Below, in pieces: positions 25,447-38,496 of a stretch of DNA of 64,000 nucleotides. This DNA comes from Eukaryota sp. GEM-RC1 (lineage: Eukaryota): NCBI GenBank assembly GCA_040285855.1, contig JAUFOQ010000005.1, positions 1,302,001-1,366,000 of the forward strand, read 5' to 3'. Below the pieces are notes generated by a model. That model worked only from the letters and a program-made list of their open reading frames with translations. It had not been told where the DNA came from and searched no databases. Each line of letters begins with the position of its first letter. Within the stretch, counting starts at the first letter, position 1. A program made the translations under genes and the position numbers.

Positions 25447-25861
25447 GTTAAAAAACTGATTCTTCAAAATTTTCTTTCACAACTGATAAGGCTGGTTTCT
25501 TACTTATTGATAGAAATTGCCTCTGATGGAAATAAGTACATGTACAGTGTGGTATCCACACTGTGGATTGAATTTCCAAATGTGTTGTGAGAACGTGTTG
25601 ACACACTGCCAAAAACCTTAACACCGCGTGTTTGCTCACTCTGCTTGCAACAAACCTATTTACATGCATTAGCTCCATAATAATGAGGCATTCTTTCCTT
25701 TTAATGGTAAGACATACAACATGTGTATTGTTCTATCTTTCTGATTTCTTACATCAGAGGGTTTCTGCTTTGTTCTTACTTACTGTCAACACTTTTTACA
25801 GTTATTCTACAGTGTGCTTCAAACTCAACAATGGCATTTATCTCTACACTTTCTCGTACTA

Positions 25862-27317
25862 ATGAACACTGATTCTAGCCCTTTGTTGTTCCGTCATTTT
25901 ACTGATGATCAACGCAAGCTGTACGTCAATTATACAAAGCAATGCCTACCTTCTATTTGTGTGTTCGTGTTCATTCTGCTCGCCATCTGCTTCTTCTTTG
26001 TCCAACTCCTTCCCAATTGTAAGCCTGTCCTCCAAGGTATAGACCTTGTTCAGGCAGCAGGTACTCCCCACCCTCGAAGTTCCTTTCAAGGATGAAGCTG
26101 ATCTAAGACTGGCTGCTGTTGAAGAGTATATTGACAGTATCGTCGATGACCTTGATCTTGAAGTTAACCTCTTTGAAGTAGCATATGACCCAACTTCCCA
26201 GAAAGGTCGTTACTTCATATGTTTTACTTTCAATGATTGTACTAAATGCTTTATTGTGAAGGCGAAGTTTGTCAGGGGAGATGACTTCACGGGAATCATC
26301 AATACCCTTCGCGATTGTGAACCATTTGTACTGTGTACTGCCACTGATCAAGAAGCAAACCTTGCTGTTCACCGTTGTCTTTCTGATATAGAACTCACTG
26401 ACTTTTCCGTTTCAGCTGAAATTATTGATGACAGCCAAATGCAGGTCTGCTTGCATGACACCAACGATTTTGACATAGTGTTTTGTGAAGAGTATGACTA
26501 TGAGTTATCACAGGAGCTTTCAGACTCAATTGAGTTGGTTGAAAATCTTCCTATCCAGTTCATTGGAGAGTTGCTAGAAGAAGAAGAAGACAGAATTGCT
26601 GCCATCCAAGATATCATTGACCAGCTCACTTTCCCTGATGGTGTCACTGCAACTGTCACAGCTGAGGTCGGTGATGATAATGTACGAACTTATACTGTGC
26701 TTATTGTTACTACTGATCCTCCGTGTGAAGCAACAGCTGAGGTAGTTGCTGTCTGGGATAACGGTGATCCAGATCTGTTTTGTAATTTAGTTGGAGACAA
26801 TTTCGTGGATGGGTTCTTTGTTCATATATGCACAGATGATGCTACAGTGGAAGCGGTGGAAGCTAACATTCAGAACCAAATCGAGGAGTTTTTAGAAAAC
26901 TTCCCTGGTGCTGATGTTGAGGTTTCAGTGGACCTTGAAGAAGGAAAAGTTACTGTTACCATTGACGGTGAGGATTGTGGGACATTCTCTTTCTTTTTGA
27001 TGGATGCTGACAACGCTCAACAAATCATTGAAGATTGTCATGCTGCTGGTTTTTTTCAAGACCTCGACATTGAACTTGGACCGGGTGGAAATGTAGGTCT
27101 TCCACAACGTCAATTCAGAGTTCGCCAAGCCATCCAAGAGTGTTTGATGGCTGGGGGACATCCACCTGCGGACAATGGAGCTTTTACATTAATCGTCACG
27201 GATGGAGCAGGAAATCCAAATGGGCCACTTGATTTCACAGTTCGAATTGTGTTATGTGATGAAGACGAGACATTCGCATTGATTGGCGTCACCTTGGACG
27301 TTATTTTGCCTAATTAG
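25862..27317 (+). CDS. Type II membrane protein with acidic, Cys-containing repeated ectodomain; +1 frame break within 26043-26093
   Basis: ATG 25862, TM segment ICVFVFILLAICFFFV, followed by the overlapping long acidic ORF 26046-27317 that has no early ATG. Confidence 0.6.
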
Positions 27318-28989
27318 TAGAGTTTTAGTTCCAATACAGTGTTGCGAATAAGTTGTTGTTACACTTTTATACTGACTTATGAACCTTACTTCTTACAGAC
27401 AATCCAATAAATGTGTAAGTGTTTATGATTGTTTACATGACCTTTCAAATTGTTGTACATTGTGCTTGACTGAGCAAGTTCAATTCTTAAGATCATTTAA
27501 GAAGGCAGCAAAAACGAAATCCGGGTTTTCAAATGCCTTCAAAAACATATATTGAAATATTTAACCACACACAACGGGAGAGACTTCAGAAATTGTAGAG
27601 AATTACTAAATACTAGGGCTACTAATCTTTATCAACATTCGAGCAATAATAGAATTGGTGAATATAATTAATATGTGTCCAATAATTTCCCTACTGTTTT
27701 TCTTAGCTGGCAATGATAGTACATTCAGTGCCTTACATTGTCGTCGTGTCTGTTCAAGTTGACATCTTTTAGTTTTTTTAACAATTGATATTACTGTGTT
27801 CTCAGACAGTGAATAACCTGAAGCAGTACCTCAGAGCTCTTCTAACGACTTTGTTTCCTTAGAACTAATTAAGCTTTTTATGAAAAGTACTGCTGTTTTC
27901 TTCCATTAGACAGACAGACAGCCAATTCTATAATGGTGTTACGATTGTTTCCTAGATTCAAGTAATAATTAACTGATAAACGTCAAGTTTAATAGTGGTA
28001 ACACAATAAAGTCCGTTAAACTGGAATGTACTGATCAATGATATTAGTATACGGATTTATGTGCGGAGAAGAACACACAACAAGAAAACAACAAATAAAA
28101 TTAAGTATTTATCTGATACTCGGTGTAGTTGTCATTAACAATGGTTTTGTATCATTTAATGAAATATCAATCAACCAGTCCATAACAAGCCTAAACTCTG
28201 AGAGGCTGAGTTGGCTTAGATGTATTGTAAGCCACAGCCGGCTAGTTAATACCTGCAGCTGGGCCGTGAGCAAATTTTGAACCAGCTCCCATCTATACTG
28301 GGAAATGGCGACCGAAGAAGTAATTTTTTGATGAAGTGACCGGATGTCGTTATTAATGCTTTTGTTTGTTAGAGAAAAACTTTGGTTTTCTGTAAACTAC
28401 GTTTAGATGGCTTCTTCTTCACGAAGAAGCTGAAGGCAGTTGATCTTTAGTCTTGACCATTTGAGACAATAGTTTCTGATACCTATAATGTCGTAAGGGG
28501 AAGAGTTTATTTAAAGCAACATCTAGACCCTTGTTTACAATTACAAATACAGAATATCATCAGTATTAACAAATGAGAAACTAATTCATCTACATCATCT
28601 CATATTCATATCTCAACTCAAAGCGACGGTTTAAAATCGAATCAAAGCCCCTAAACAATGCTTTAAAGAGAGAAAATGACAACCTTCCACTCCAGTAAAT
28701 GTCATTAATATTCTTTCCTTACTGATTACACAATTTGCCGAAAGGTGTGACAAATTTTTGTCCGAAGAAGCCAAACGTTTCGTAAAGAGATACAACACAT
28801 AAATAGAAAACAAACAGTTTATGTCGACGAGAATTTATCTTATTAATTAATTCTACATACCGATCTAATTTTTTCCTTTCAGCAGTTACAAGAGCTGAGT
28901 ACTTTTCGTCTAAAATTTTGTTAACAGAAGTTGAGTTACAAGGATCAACTGTAGTAAAGTCCATAATTATGTTTTGAGAGCACAAGTTG

Positions 28990-29650
28990 TAGGGCTCTGA
29001 ATCACCTCACCTGGGTTACCAGATGATCACCTCAGGTCAGGTGAGGTCACCTCACCTGCTACACTGGATGAGTTTTTGGCTGGGTTACCTCAGGTCATTT
29101 TGACTGTCACCCAGAAGACCTCAGCTGGCCTATATAATTACAAAAAGTGTGTGTTTATTGTGTATAATTTATAACTCAACGATAACTATAACGACGATCG
29201 ATTTGTATCAAGACCCTCTTGTATGGTGGGGACTGAACGAAATCAGATTTCCATCCTCTGCCAAAATTGCAAAAACATTTCTAGCTATTCCTGCAACTTT
29301 TGTGGCATCTGAAAGTTATTTTTCAATGACAGGGTTCCTAAAAAGGAAGGAAAGGGCTTCAATGAAAGATCAGACTTTAAGTTCCCACTTGTGTTCCCAC
29401 TTGTGCTTAAACAAGTGGGAACTGGATTAGTTGTGGTGAAGAAAATTGGTCACACTCATAATGCTGTTCATTATATGTTAGAATTTGTAAATTGAGTTTT
29501 ATTGTTAATAAATTGTTTCTTCATATTGACCTGGGTCACTCAGGTCACTGGGTGAGTAATAATTCACCCAGGTCATTTTCCAGGTAAACTCCAGGTGAAA
29601 TGCACAAATGCTGGGTGAGGTGACCTGAGCTGGGTCATTTGAGAGCCCTA
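28990..29650 (+). mobile_element. hAT deletion derivative inserted in a retrotransposon fragment
   Basis: TIR TAGGGCTCT, ACCTCA/GGTCA subterminal repeats, and a hAT dimerisation-domain remnant DPLVWW..RFP..IAKTFLAIPAT..SESYFS (29149-29430). The flanks rejoin as DLIDPWLC/SQNIIMDFTTVDP on the minus strand. Confidence 0.85.
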
Positions 29651-30195
29651 AGCACAACCAAGGATCAATCAGATCTTCTCTACTCTTATCCATATTTGTG
29701 TCAGACAAAGTATTTAACACTGGTAATGGGTGTAAAACATTGTATTATTGATTTTTTGAATAAGAATGAAAGAAGAAATTGTACTTGGTACCCAAAAGGG
29801 TAACCTTCCTACAAAGACATGAATTTCCAAAAACAAACAAACAGTACTACGACTAAATCCAAACGACTTCATCCCTATACGGTGGTGAGTACAAAATTGG
29901 GACATACACGAAGATATCTTTGAGTGTTAGTCGGCTACAAGGCACATGATGTCTTTACTTTACTATTAATATTAATGAAACATTGTGACTCATCTGACAT
30001 AAGAAACGTTATAAAAGTTTAGTATTACTCAATCAGCATTATCTTTTTCAGAATCAAGTAGCGATACTTGCTAAAAGCAGTGAAATGTTTTCTAAAATTC
30101 AACAACGAATATACACAAAAATATAAAAATTGAAGCAATATATTTACAATATCAGAGTAATCAACAACTACACAAGAATTGAAAAGCGAGAGCCT

Positions 30196-31639
30196 TCATG
30201 GACGGTACTTAATATCTGTGGAAATAGCAATAAATCCTTGATGATGCGATAGCTGAGGAGATAACATTTCAATTCCACTAAACGTGGGTATATTAAATCC
30301 GTTCTGTAACACCATATTAAGCAACGGTACAACACCAAACTTACAAAGAGCATCCACAATCATCTTTAAACCAGCTGTTGGAAGATCACCAATCACTGAA
30401 GAAATAACATGAAAGTCAAAATCAACAAGAGACAACTCTCCAGTCAACAACTTCTTTTCAGCCACCCAAACCTTAACATCAGAAGCCACATCAATCCCAA
30501 GAGTAAACACAGAGTACCTAGTTTTGTTTGAAAAGACTACAAACAGCTCTGTTGCAAAGTCTAAGTCCAACGCCATTCCTGTTGTATTCAGACTAACTGT
30601 GGGTGGAGTTCTAGTTCGAACTTCAACCTCAACCAAAAGATTAGGAAACTTCTTGTATAAGCTAGGAATAAGAACTCGCAAGGACGTGGTATTTAGACGA
30701 ATCCAGAAATAGTCTGGGATATCAGCATCAGTAATAACTCGACTGAGAGCACCAGACTTGTGGTACACGTAACCAGCGCTGTTGAGAAGATATTCATTGA
30801 AGAATAGTTGGAGGTGCTGATTGTTCACCAGTTCAGGCATTATTGAGCTTGGTAACTCTGGACGACTTTTAGATTTCCTTTCTAATAGATTACCATTGAA
30901 ATGACTTGAGATATACCCAGTTGAATCGAGGACAGTCTTTTTTAAAGCGCATGTCCAGGTCAGCATATTCGTCAATATTTAAAATAGGAGTGAAATCTGA
31001 CAGTGTTTTCTTAATTAACCCTTCAAATGTCTTCACCATTGTTGACTCAATAGCAGATGCAACACTCTTCTTAATGTCATGAGAAAAGGTATCAATGAAC
31101 AGATTGTAAAGCCACTTCGCTCCTCCGCTTACTTGAATGTTGAGCTTACCTAGGTCTACGATCGGACTGTGAAGGGTGGCTATGATTCCTCCTGAAGGGG
31201 AAGGTGCTATGACGGCAGATATGCTTATATGAGCACCTAGTATATCAATTTCAGCTTAAATAAGAACGATCAAGAAATCAAACGTACCTGTTCCGTGATC
31301 TTTAACATGATGGCACTTGTAGCTCCACTTCATATGGACATGGAAACTAACAGCAGTGATGTCCAACCTGATTCCTCCAACGTTGGTCACAACAACAGGG
31401 CCAAAGAAAGGGTTGAACAAGAGAATTTCAGAGAGTTCGTACTGGATGTGTCCGATTGGAGAGCTGGCAACACCGATTTGATTGGGTAGCAGTATGACAT
31501 TGAGTTTCTTTCGCAATAAGGAGACGGCAACGGAAGTAACATGATCTACTCCTTTTTTTGAAAGGGTGGACTTTAAACCAGGTTCTGGAGTAGCAAGACC
31601 AAGAACCAGTAATAAGAATACGAGAAAGAGAAACTTCAT
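30196..31639 (-). CDS. BPI/LBP (TULIP) family lipid-binding secreted protein; intron 31255-31287; +1 frame break near 30890-30946
   Basis: Signal peptide MKFLFLVFLLLVLGLA, then PGLKSTLSKKGVD, GGAKWLYNLF, FNEYLLNSAGYVY and LQNGFNIP, all typical of the family. The 33-nt intron gtacgt...cttatttaag contains the apparent stop. Confidence 0.8.
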
Positions 31640-31975
31640 TGGTGAGGGGTCAGGGTTGGTGTTATTGGATGAGAAATTGAATGAAGAAAAGTTCAAATTG
31701 AGGAAGGAGGACTCAGGTAGTTAGAGACAAATGAGGAACCTTGTTATGGTGGAACTCTCAAAAGAAGCTAATTAAGAGATAACGCTGTTAGTGTATCAAT
31801 TCTTATTCAAACAAGACTAAAATACTAGTACATCTACAAAATCAACACATGCAGTACCAACCTAGATTGCGTTTGCCATCAACAAGACATGTACATCAAC
31901 TTGTCACTTGCCATGTCACTGTGAGTTGTTGTTCAAATTCGGTTTGACAAATTGCCCAACAATATTCCTCTCCAC

Positions 31976-33460
31976 ATGAATCGTCTTCTAATCGGATTAC
32001 TTCTTGTTTGTCTATCATTGGCCTCAGTCACTGTTCTGAACCAGGAAAACTTTGACGAAACGATCAAATCTCACGATTACGTTCTTGTCAAATGGTTCGC
32101 TCCTTGGTGTGGACATTGTAAGACTCTTCAGCCTGAATATGAAGAGGCTGCCAAAACTATCGCCAATTCCCTCGAAGATCCTTCCAAAATGATCCTCGCT
32201 GAAGTTGATTGTGATGAAAACGAAGAACTTTGCCAGACAGCTGGTATCCAAGGATTCCCCACTATTCATCTCTTCAGAAATGGTCAATTCTGGACTGAGT
32301 ATCAAGGAGAACGCAATGCTGAAAACATTGTTGGATATTCTCTCAAGATGACAATGCCTCTGTTGCACGATATCACCAGTGATGAACAAATGAACAAATT
32401 CAAGGAAGCAAACAAGGTTTTCGCTTTTGTACACGTCAACAAAGATACTGAAGAATATGAAGCTCTCAACAATCTTGCAGCTAACTATGTTGACCGTCTC
32501 AACTTTGGCCGATTCGCTACTGAAGGTGAAGCCAAGTTCGTTCTCCACAAGACTGAAACTGATGAAGAATTGGTTTTCGAAGGAGACATCAAGAACGAGG
32601 AAGAACTCACTGCATTTATTGAAGCTAACCGCAAACCTGTTGTGGTTGAACTGAGCCGAGAGACATTTGCTGATGTTTTCCACCCAGAAGCTGGTCCCAT
32701 TGGTATTCTCTTTGTTGATCCTAAGAAAGATACCGAGATCATTGAAAAGTATACTAAAATCGGAGAGCAACTCAAAGCCGTTCATCCCACCACTCAGCTC
32801 ACCACCATTGATGCAATTGTCTATGGTCAGTTCATGGAACGTCTTGGTCACACTGAGGTCCCTTCATTTACTGTGGTTATGATCAACGATAACGCCCACT
32901 TCAACATGCCTAAACTCGATGTTGAAGCCATTCCCAGCTTTGTCCAAGAAGTTATTGAAGGAAAGACTGAGAAGTACGTTCGATCTGAAGACGCTCCATC
33001 AGAAGAAGAACAAGGAGTTTGCCGTGTTGCTGTCAGAAACACCTTCGAACAAGAAGTTTTACATCCAACTCATGAAGGTTTTGATGTTTTGGTCATGTAC
33101 TGGGCTCCCTTCTGTGGTCACTGTACTTCCTTCAAGCCTATTGTTGAGGAATTAGCTAACCATTTAAAGATGGCTAACAGCAAAGTCAAGGTTGTGCTGT
33201 TTAATGCTGATGCTAATGATGTTCCTGAAACTGCCAATGTAGATATCAGTGGCTATCCTACTGTTGTTTTGTACACAGCTAATGAAGTCGATGTAGAACC
33301 AGCTCAATTTGAAGGAGATCGAACTGTGACTGGTCTTTTAAACTTCTTAAAGGAAAATGTAAAGACAGAACTTCCTGAAATCCATATTGAAGAAGTTCAA
33401 CAAGAAGAGGATGAACAGCAAGAAGAAGAGGAAGAAGAGATGGATAATGAAGAACTCTAA
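31976..33460 (+). CDS. PDI: Protein disulfide isomerase (copy 2), 494 aa
   Basis: Near-identical to copy 1, with the same CGHC sites and NEEL terminus. Confidence 0.95.
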   Translation: MNRLLIGLLLVCLSLASVTVLNQENFDETIKSHDYVLVKWFAPWCGHCKTLQPEYEEAAKTIANSLEDPSKMILAEVDCDENEELCQTAGIQGFPTIHLFRNGQFWTEYQGERNAENIVGYSLKMTMPLLHDITSDEQMNKFKEANKVFAFVHVNKDTEEYEALNNLAANYVDRLNFGRFATEGEAKFVLHKTETDEELVFEGDIKNEEELTAFIEANRKPVVVELSRETFADVFHPEAGPIGILFVDPKKDTEIIEKYTKIGEQLKAVHPTTQLTTIDAIVYGQFMERLGHTEVPSFTVVMINDNAHFNMPKLDVEAIPSFVQEVIEGKTEKYVRSEDAPSEEEQGVCRVAVRNTFEQEVLHPTHEGFDVLVMYWAPFCGHCTSFKPIVEELANHLKMANSKVKVVLFNADANDVPETANVDISGYPTVVLYTANEVDVEPAQFEGDRTVTGLLNFLKENVKTELPEIHIEEVQQEEDEQQEEEEEEMDNEEL

Positions 33461-33760
33461 ATTGTTTGAATAAATATATCTTTTTTTTCTTTTTTTTGTT
33501 ATCTCAGTGTCTGTCAGTAATTTCACACAAATTGTACAGTATTTATTTTTTTCTCAACACTTAAGGAAATCATTATCAACACAATTATCAATTGAATAAA
33601 TTTTATGATCAAACAAATCATAAAACAAATTGATCTTTTAGATAAAACAAATAAAAAAGACTTTTCTTCACAATGATAAAAGACAATCATCACAAACTCA
33701 AACACATTACATACCTGTTCTACATGTACTAGTAGTATTTTTTGTCTACTATGTATTTAT

Positions 33761-34110
33761 TCGAAAATAAAAAAGATGATCTAATACTCAATGTCATCAA
33801 AACAAGATTCCTTCGAATCGAACCTTGTTGAAGCTTTGTCTTCATAAAACACACTTAGGGATAACAAAGCTTTTGAAATCATTGCGGGAACTGCCTTTAG
33901 AATCGTAAAGACAATTCGGTTCTGCCAAAAGAACGATCAAATATCTTGTTAGTTCTACGAGCTACAACCTTTGCAAATTCATCAAGGAACTTCAAGGCTA
34001 ATTTGCCTAATCTACCATACATGGAAATCGCAAATGGAACAAGTGAATATTCAACATGGACAATGTGTTTCAGGTGTTTCTAAGGATCAGCATAGGTTCT
34101 TTTCTTGATA
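33761..34110. repeat. Dispersed repeat with an inverted copy at about 40660-41000
   Basis: ttcgaaaataaaaaagatgatctaatactcaatg... is the reverse complement of the sequence ending at 41000. Confidence 0.8.
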
Positions 34111-34384
34111 TTTTCTTCAATGTCTAAGTAGTATTTGGTTAAGTCTCCCTGACAAAATTTAAAGGTCAACTACAAATTTGAAAATTGTTTCCAATAAAAT
34201 GATCATCTTTCTATTTTTATAGAATTATTTATCCAGAGCACCTTTAATTCAGGACCAACCCAAGTCCACCCATCTTCTTGGGCATACGCCTATGATAGTC
34301 ATAATATGGAACCGCCAATATTGTAACTTTTCAGACAACACCGTAAATAATTTCCGTAAACCATAGCAAAAATCATTATGATTG

Positions 34385-34779
34385 CTAACCCCACAATCCT
34401 CTTATTTTTGGTTTGGTAAGAATTGAAACATCATACTGAACAATATGTTTCTGATGTTCTGAAGATTCAAAACTTTGATAGTCATCAAGATGATCAGTTT
34501 TGGCATGATACAGAAGATCGGTGCATCCATTACCCTTCTTAATCGAAGCGACAAAAATGAACCAACAGTACTTACACTTGCAGCAGTCAGAATAGATTAC
34601 ATTATGGTACCTGAGACGTGAAGGAGTTTTTGATGCACATAGTCTTGGCATTGTTTACCGAAAAGTACACATTTTACTAAATAATTTCCCTATTTTACAG
34701 ACAGCAATTGTTGGTACCATACCGTATTTATGGAAATTTCGTAAATAAGCTGTTCTATTTTACGGTTTGACGATCACTG
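34385..34779 (-). mobile_element. hAT 5' fragment with BED zinc-finger remnant
   Basis: CKCKYC...GCTDLLYH..DH on the minus strand and a CAGTGAT-type terminus at 34779; the other end was not found. Confidence 0.5.
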
Positions 34780-35858
34780 GTATACAGTGTGGTGCTTTAG
34801 CGTTGTTTGACAACTTCGTCCTTGATTCAGTCCTCCAGTACGGCTTGTTATGAAAGATCATTGGATGTAAAGGTCGGTCCTTGTATGACGGTCATTATAG
34901 TGAAAATCATTGATTACAATTGGAGTACTACATATAATATATTTGAATTTTTCATTTGGGAAATGAGTAGATTTGACATTTACCCTAATATTTAATTTAT
35001 ACAGATCTGTTCCTTACCTTCTGTCACCATCTAACATGATAATGCAATGTTTCAATTCTACCCTCCTTCAAAACCACACTCCGTATTCTTGTCTCTCTTC
35101 CAGCAGAAGTTTTCATCGATGCTTTGTTGAGCTGAATAAACTTACGTTTGAAACTCTGATACGGGCCATTGCGAACCGAGAGTGATTAAGGACAGATTAC
35201 TACAGCTTGATGAACGTTGTCCATTAAAGAGACAGGACATTGCCAATATGAAGACTGCTTTAAAAAAGTGGCCCTAACCAACTTCCAATTGTTGATGAAT
35301 TTTGTTAGTGATCACTCTGAGTTAGTAAGTGGATCATCCTTGGCTGAGGATGGCTCCCCGAGGATCTGATTTCCAAAATATTGTATGGCTATTTTCGTCT
35401 GTATGTTGGGTTTGTCTTAATGTAACAGAAATATGTGGTTTTACGGATATCAAATTTGAAAACTTCTGACCAGTTATCATGATTGATAAGTAAAGAAATG
35501 ACTATAACCTAGAAACATTCTTCTTACCATGAGAAAACAGAAATCATCAAAAATCCAGTCAGAAAGACAATGTCTCTCACACACTACATTTAGATATAGA
35601 AAAAAACGGGGTTTATGATCAGTCAGTAAAATAAATGCATGATCCTTCTGTCCATCACCGAACAACTTACCTAAAATTGAATTAAAATATCTGTGCATTG
35701 AACGAAACAATGCAAACGTTAACCTGCTCAACCAAAAATTTTCATTGAATACTTTACCATACTCAGAACACAATTTACCAAAGGAAGTTAAAAAACCTTG
35801 TGTTTTAGATATAGTGAAGGACAACGAGAATCACTTTGTATCGAAAATTAATTAGTAA

Positions 35859-37064
35859 TTACAATCTATTAAGTCGACGTACACCCTCTATTTCAACTCT
35901 ATGATTAAATTTCAACGCCTCTGCCAAAGCTCTGGCACCTTCAGCTCCAATAGAGTTGTCCCCCAGATAAACACTTGTAACTGAAGTATTAACTTTCAAC
36001 GCCTCTGCCAAAGCTCTCGCACCTTCAGCTCCAATAGAGTTCTGACTCAGATCAATACTGGTAACTGAAGTATTAACTTCCAACGCCTCTGCCAAAGCTC
36101 TGGCACCTTCAGCTCCAATAAAGTTCTTACTCAGATCAATACTGGTAACTGAAGTATTAACTTTCAACGCCTCTGCCAAAGCTCTGGCACCTTCATCTCC
36201 AATAGAGTTATACTCCAGATCAATACTTGTTACTGAAGCATTCACTTTCAACGCCTCTGCCAAAGCTCTGGCACCTTCATCTCCAATAGAGTTCAAACGC
36301 AGATTAATACTTGTAACTGAAGCATTCACTTTCAACACATCTGCCAAAGCTCTGGCACCTTCAGCTCCAATAGAGTTATCCCTCAGATCAATACTTGTAA
36401 TTGTAGTAATGGTTTTCAACGTTTCAATCAATAACATAGAAACAGAGGTGTTTCTTGAAACACCTACTAGTAGTCTTCCCACTACTGTTATTTTGAATTC
36501 TTTAAGACGTGGAAACAAGGAAGAAGATTTGTTAAGAAACTCTAAATCAGAGGGTTCCTTTAGTATGATTCCGAATCCTGTAATTATACCAGACTAATTT
36601 AGAAATTTCTCAATTTCTAAGCTTTCGGGAATGTGCAAGAAAACAGATTGTAGATCTGCTCCAAAGAAAGAAGCAAGTGAATTTAGTATGGGAAGGTGTA
36701 TACGATGAGCATGAATGGTGTATAAATGAAAATACACTTTAACTGCTTGGAATGAAGAATCAAGGAAGTGATTACTTACATAGCCAACTTGTTCAAAGAA
36801 TTCAGGTAATTTTGTTTTCAAAGCAACGATATGACGATTATATGGATGATAATGATTATCTTTGAAAGTACGCTTGAGAAGCCGTCTCAGCAAGTGAAGA
36901 TGTATCAGAACCAACAAAGTCTGCTGGACATGGACGTGTTTAGAGGGAGGATGTGGGGATGAAGGCAATACCGACAGTTCGTCACAGTTAGACATCACAG
37001 AGGAGACACTAGAAGGGGATGAACGACTCCTTTTCAACAAAGGTTCAGGCTGAGATGTGATCAT
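35859..37064 (-). pseudogene. RI/NLRC3-type LRR family gene (6 repeats) with in-frame TAG at 36594-36596
   Basis: The N-terminal domain and LRR ORFs are in the same frame. Paralogs have TAT (Tyr) in NYSGI where this copy has TAG. Confidence 0.75.
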
Positions 37065-37124
37065 GGACCAAAATGAGAACATTAAGGCTAAATCGAACTA
37101 AGTCCCTAATTTTCGTGTTCAAAC

Positions 37125-37767
37125 CAGTGATGACGGGTACCACGGTTTCATTCATGGTACCCCATGGTACCCGGGGGTACCACCGGGGTACCATATGACA
37201 CGTGTCTCAATTTGGTATTGTTACCTACCCTACATCATGGATCTTTCCTCTACCGAACTTACCTCTTTTTCCAGGTCCTCAGGGTCACAGGTCGCGTTAA
37301 TGGCCACCACCACCAAAAACAAAATGGATGCCGTTGATTACAATTTCAACCACAAGATTCTGTGTGAACTGGAGTAGAAGAAGCAGATTATGAGCTGGTA
37401 GTGGAACATAGTGATTTTGAAGATTCTAAACCTGATGATGCTGATTAATCAGATCAAACAAACTGGGAATTAAAAGCCAACATGTATGATTTGAACGAAG
37501 CATTTTTCGTTCGTGTACTAGATCCATTAGACGAATTTGGTGACGATGTGAACAATATTGTCTAGTTATTCTGTATCATACTTTTTATTGTGATAAAGTG
37601 TTAATTCTATACTGTGTTGTGTACTAGTGAGTGTTAAGATGCCATATAAGGCTTGATAAAGGAACTTGAAAAATACATGGTACCCACATTGGATTTTTGA
37701 AAAGAGGGTACCACGATGGTACCCAAAATTATAGTACCCGGAATACCATTGGTACCCATCATCACTG
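37125..37767. mobile_element. hAT-type MITE, GGTACC-rich family (copy 2, inverted and near-identical to copy 1)
   Basis: Same TIR, 8-bp TSD GTTCAAAC (37117-37124, 37768-37775). Confidence 0.92.
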
Positions 37768-38420
37768 GTTCAAACTTTTGTTGATCGATCGTTCATCGAC
37801 CGATCTTCTGTCTTTCTACGTACACAATAAACACGTTTACATTCTATAGTCTTTGACGTCACTTTGAAACCCAACACCAACCTTTCTTCTAATCAAACAC
37901 TTTCTTTCTGAAGATACTGTACAAAGATTCGTATGTGTTTTCTAGACACATTGTACAACATCACAGGCCACAACTGTCCCCCTTCCTTTCTTCTTCTGTT
38001 CTCTTCCTTTGTTTTGATATAAACCAGGGTAGAATAGGGAGTGAATGCAAGATGGTCTACACATGAATATTTTCTGTCGTGACCGGACTACGTCTTTAAT
38101 AGAGACGTTTTGCTGGAGGATGAATGTACCAAGAACATTAAGTGAGCCCATATACTCCCTCAGGGGTTCTTGATTCATTTCTGTTTTCACTCCTTCAAGA
38201 AGGATTGTATAACTGAGATATATTTCCTGACAATATATGAATCGAAGTTGCTTAACAAAAAGTTAAATAAAAGACATCGATAATACACACTTCTAAGTGG
38301 CTGTGTCACATTGATCTTATGCACTTTAAACAAAAAGACTTATATTAAAAGAAGATGAGTACTCCATTCAGTGACATAGATGACTCTGATTATCAGAGTC
38401 TGATAACACAATGGAATCAT

Positions 38421-38496
38421 TAGGGTTGTTAAAAGTTCAGGCCAGGTCAAGGTCATCAAATGAATTGACCTGACCTTTGACCTTTTAAGAACCCTA
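38421..38496. mobile_element. 76-bp minimal MITE
   Basis: TIR TAGGGTT(G/C)TTAAAAG, GGTCA/TGACC repeats, degenerate TSD GGAATCAT/AAAATCAT. Confidence 0.65.

Noticed and set aside
35327..35350. AAGTGGATCATCCTTGGCT resembling the 5.8S rRNA 5' end
   Set aside because: The similarity is too short and no further rRNA sequence follows.
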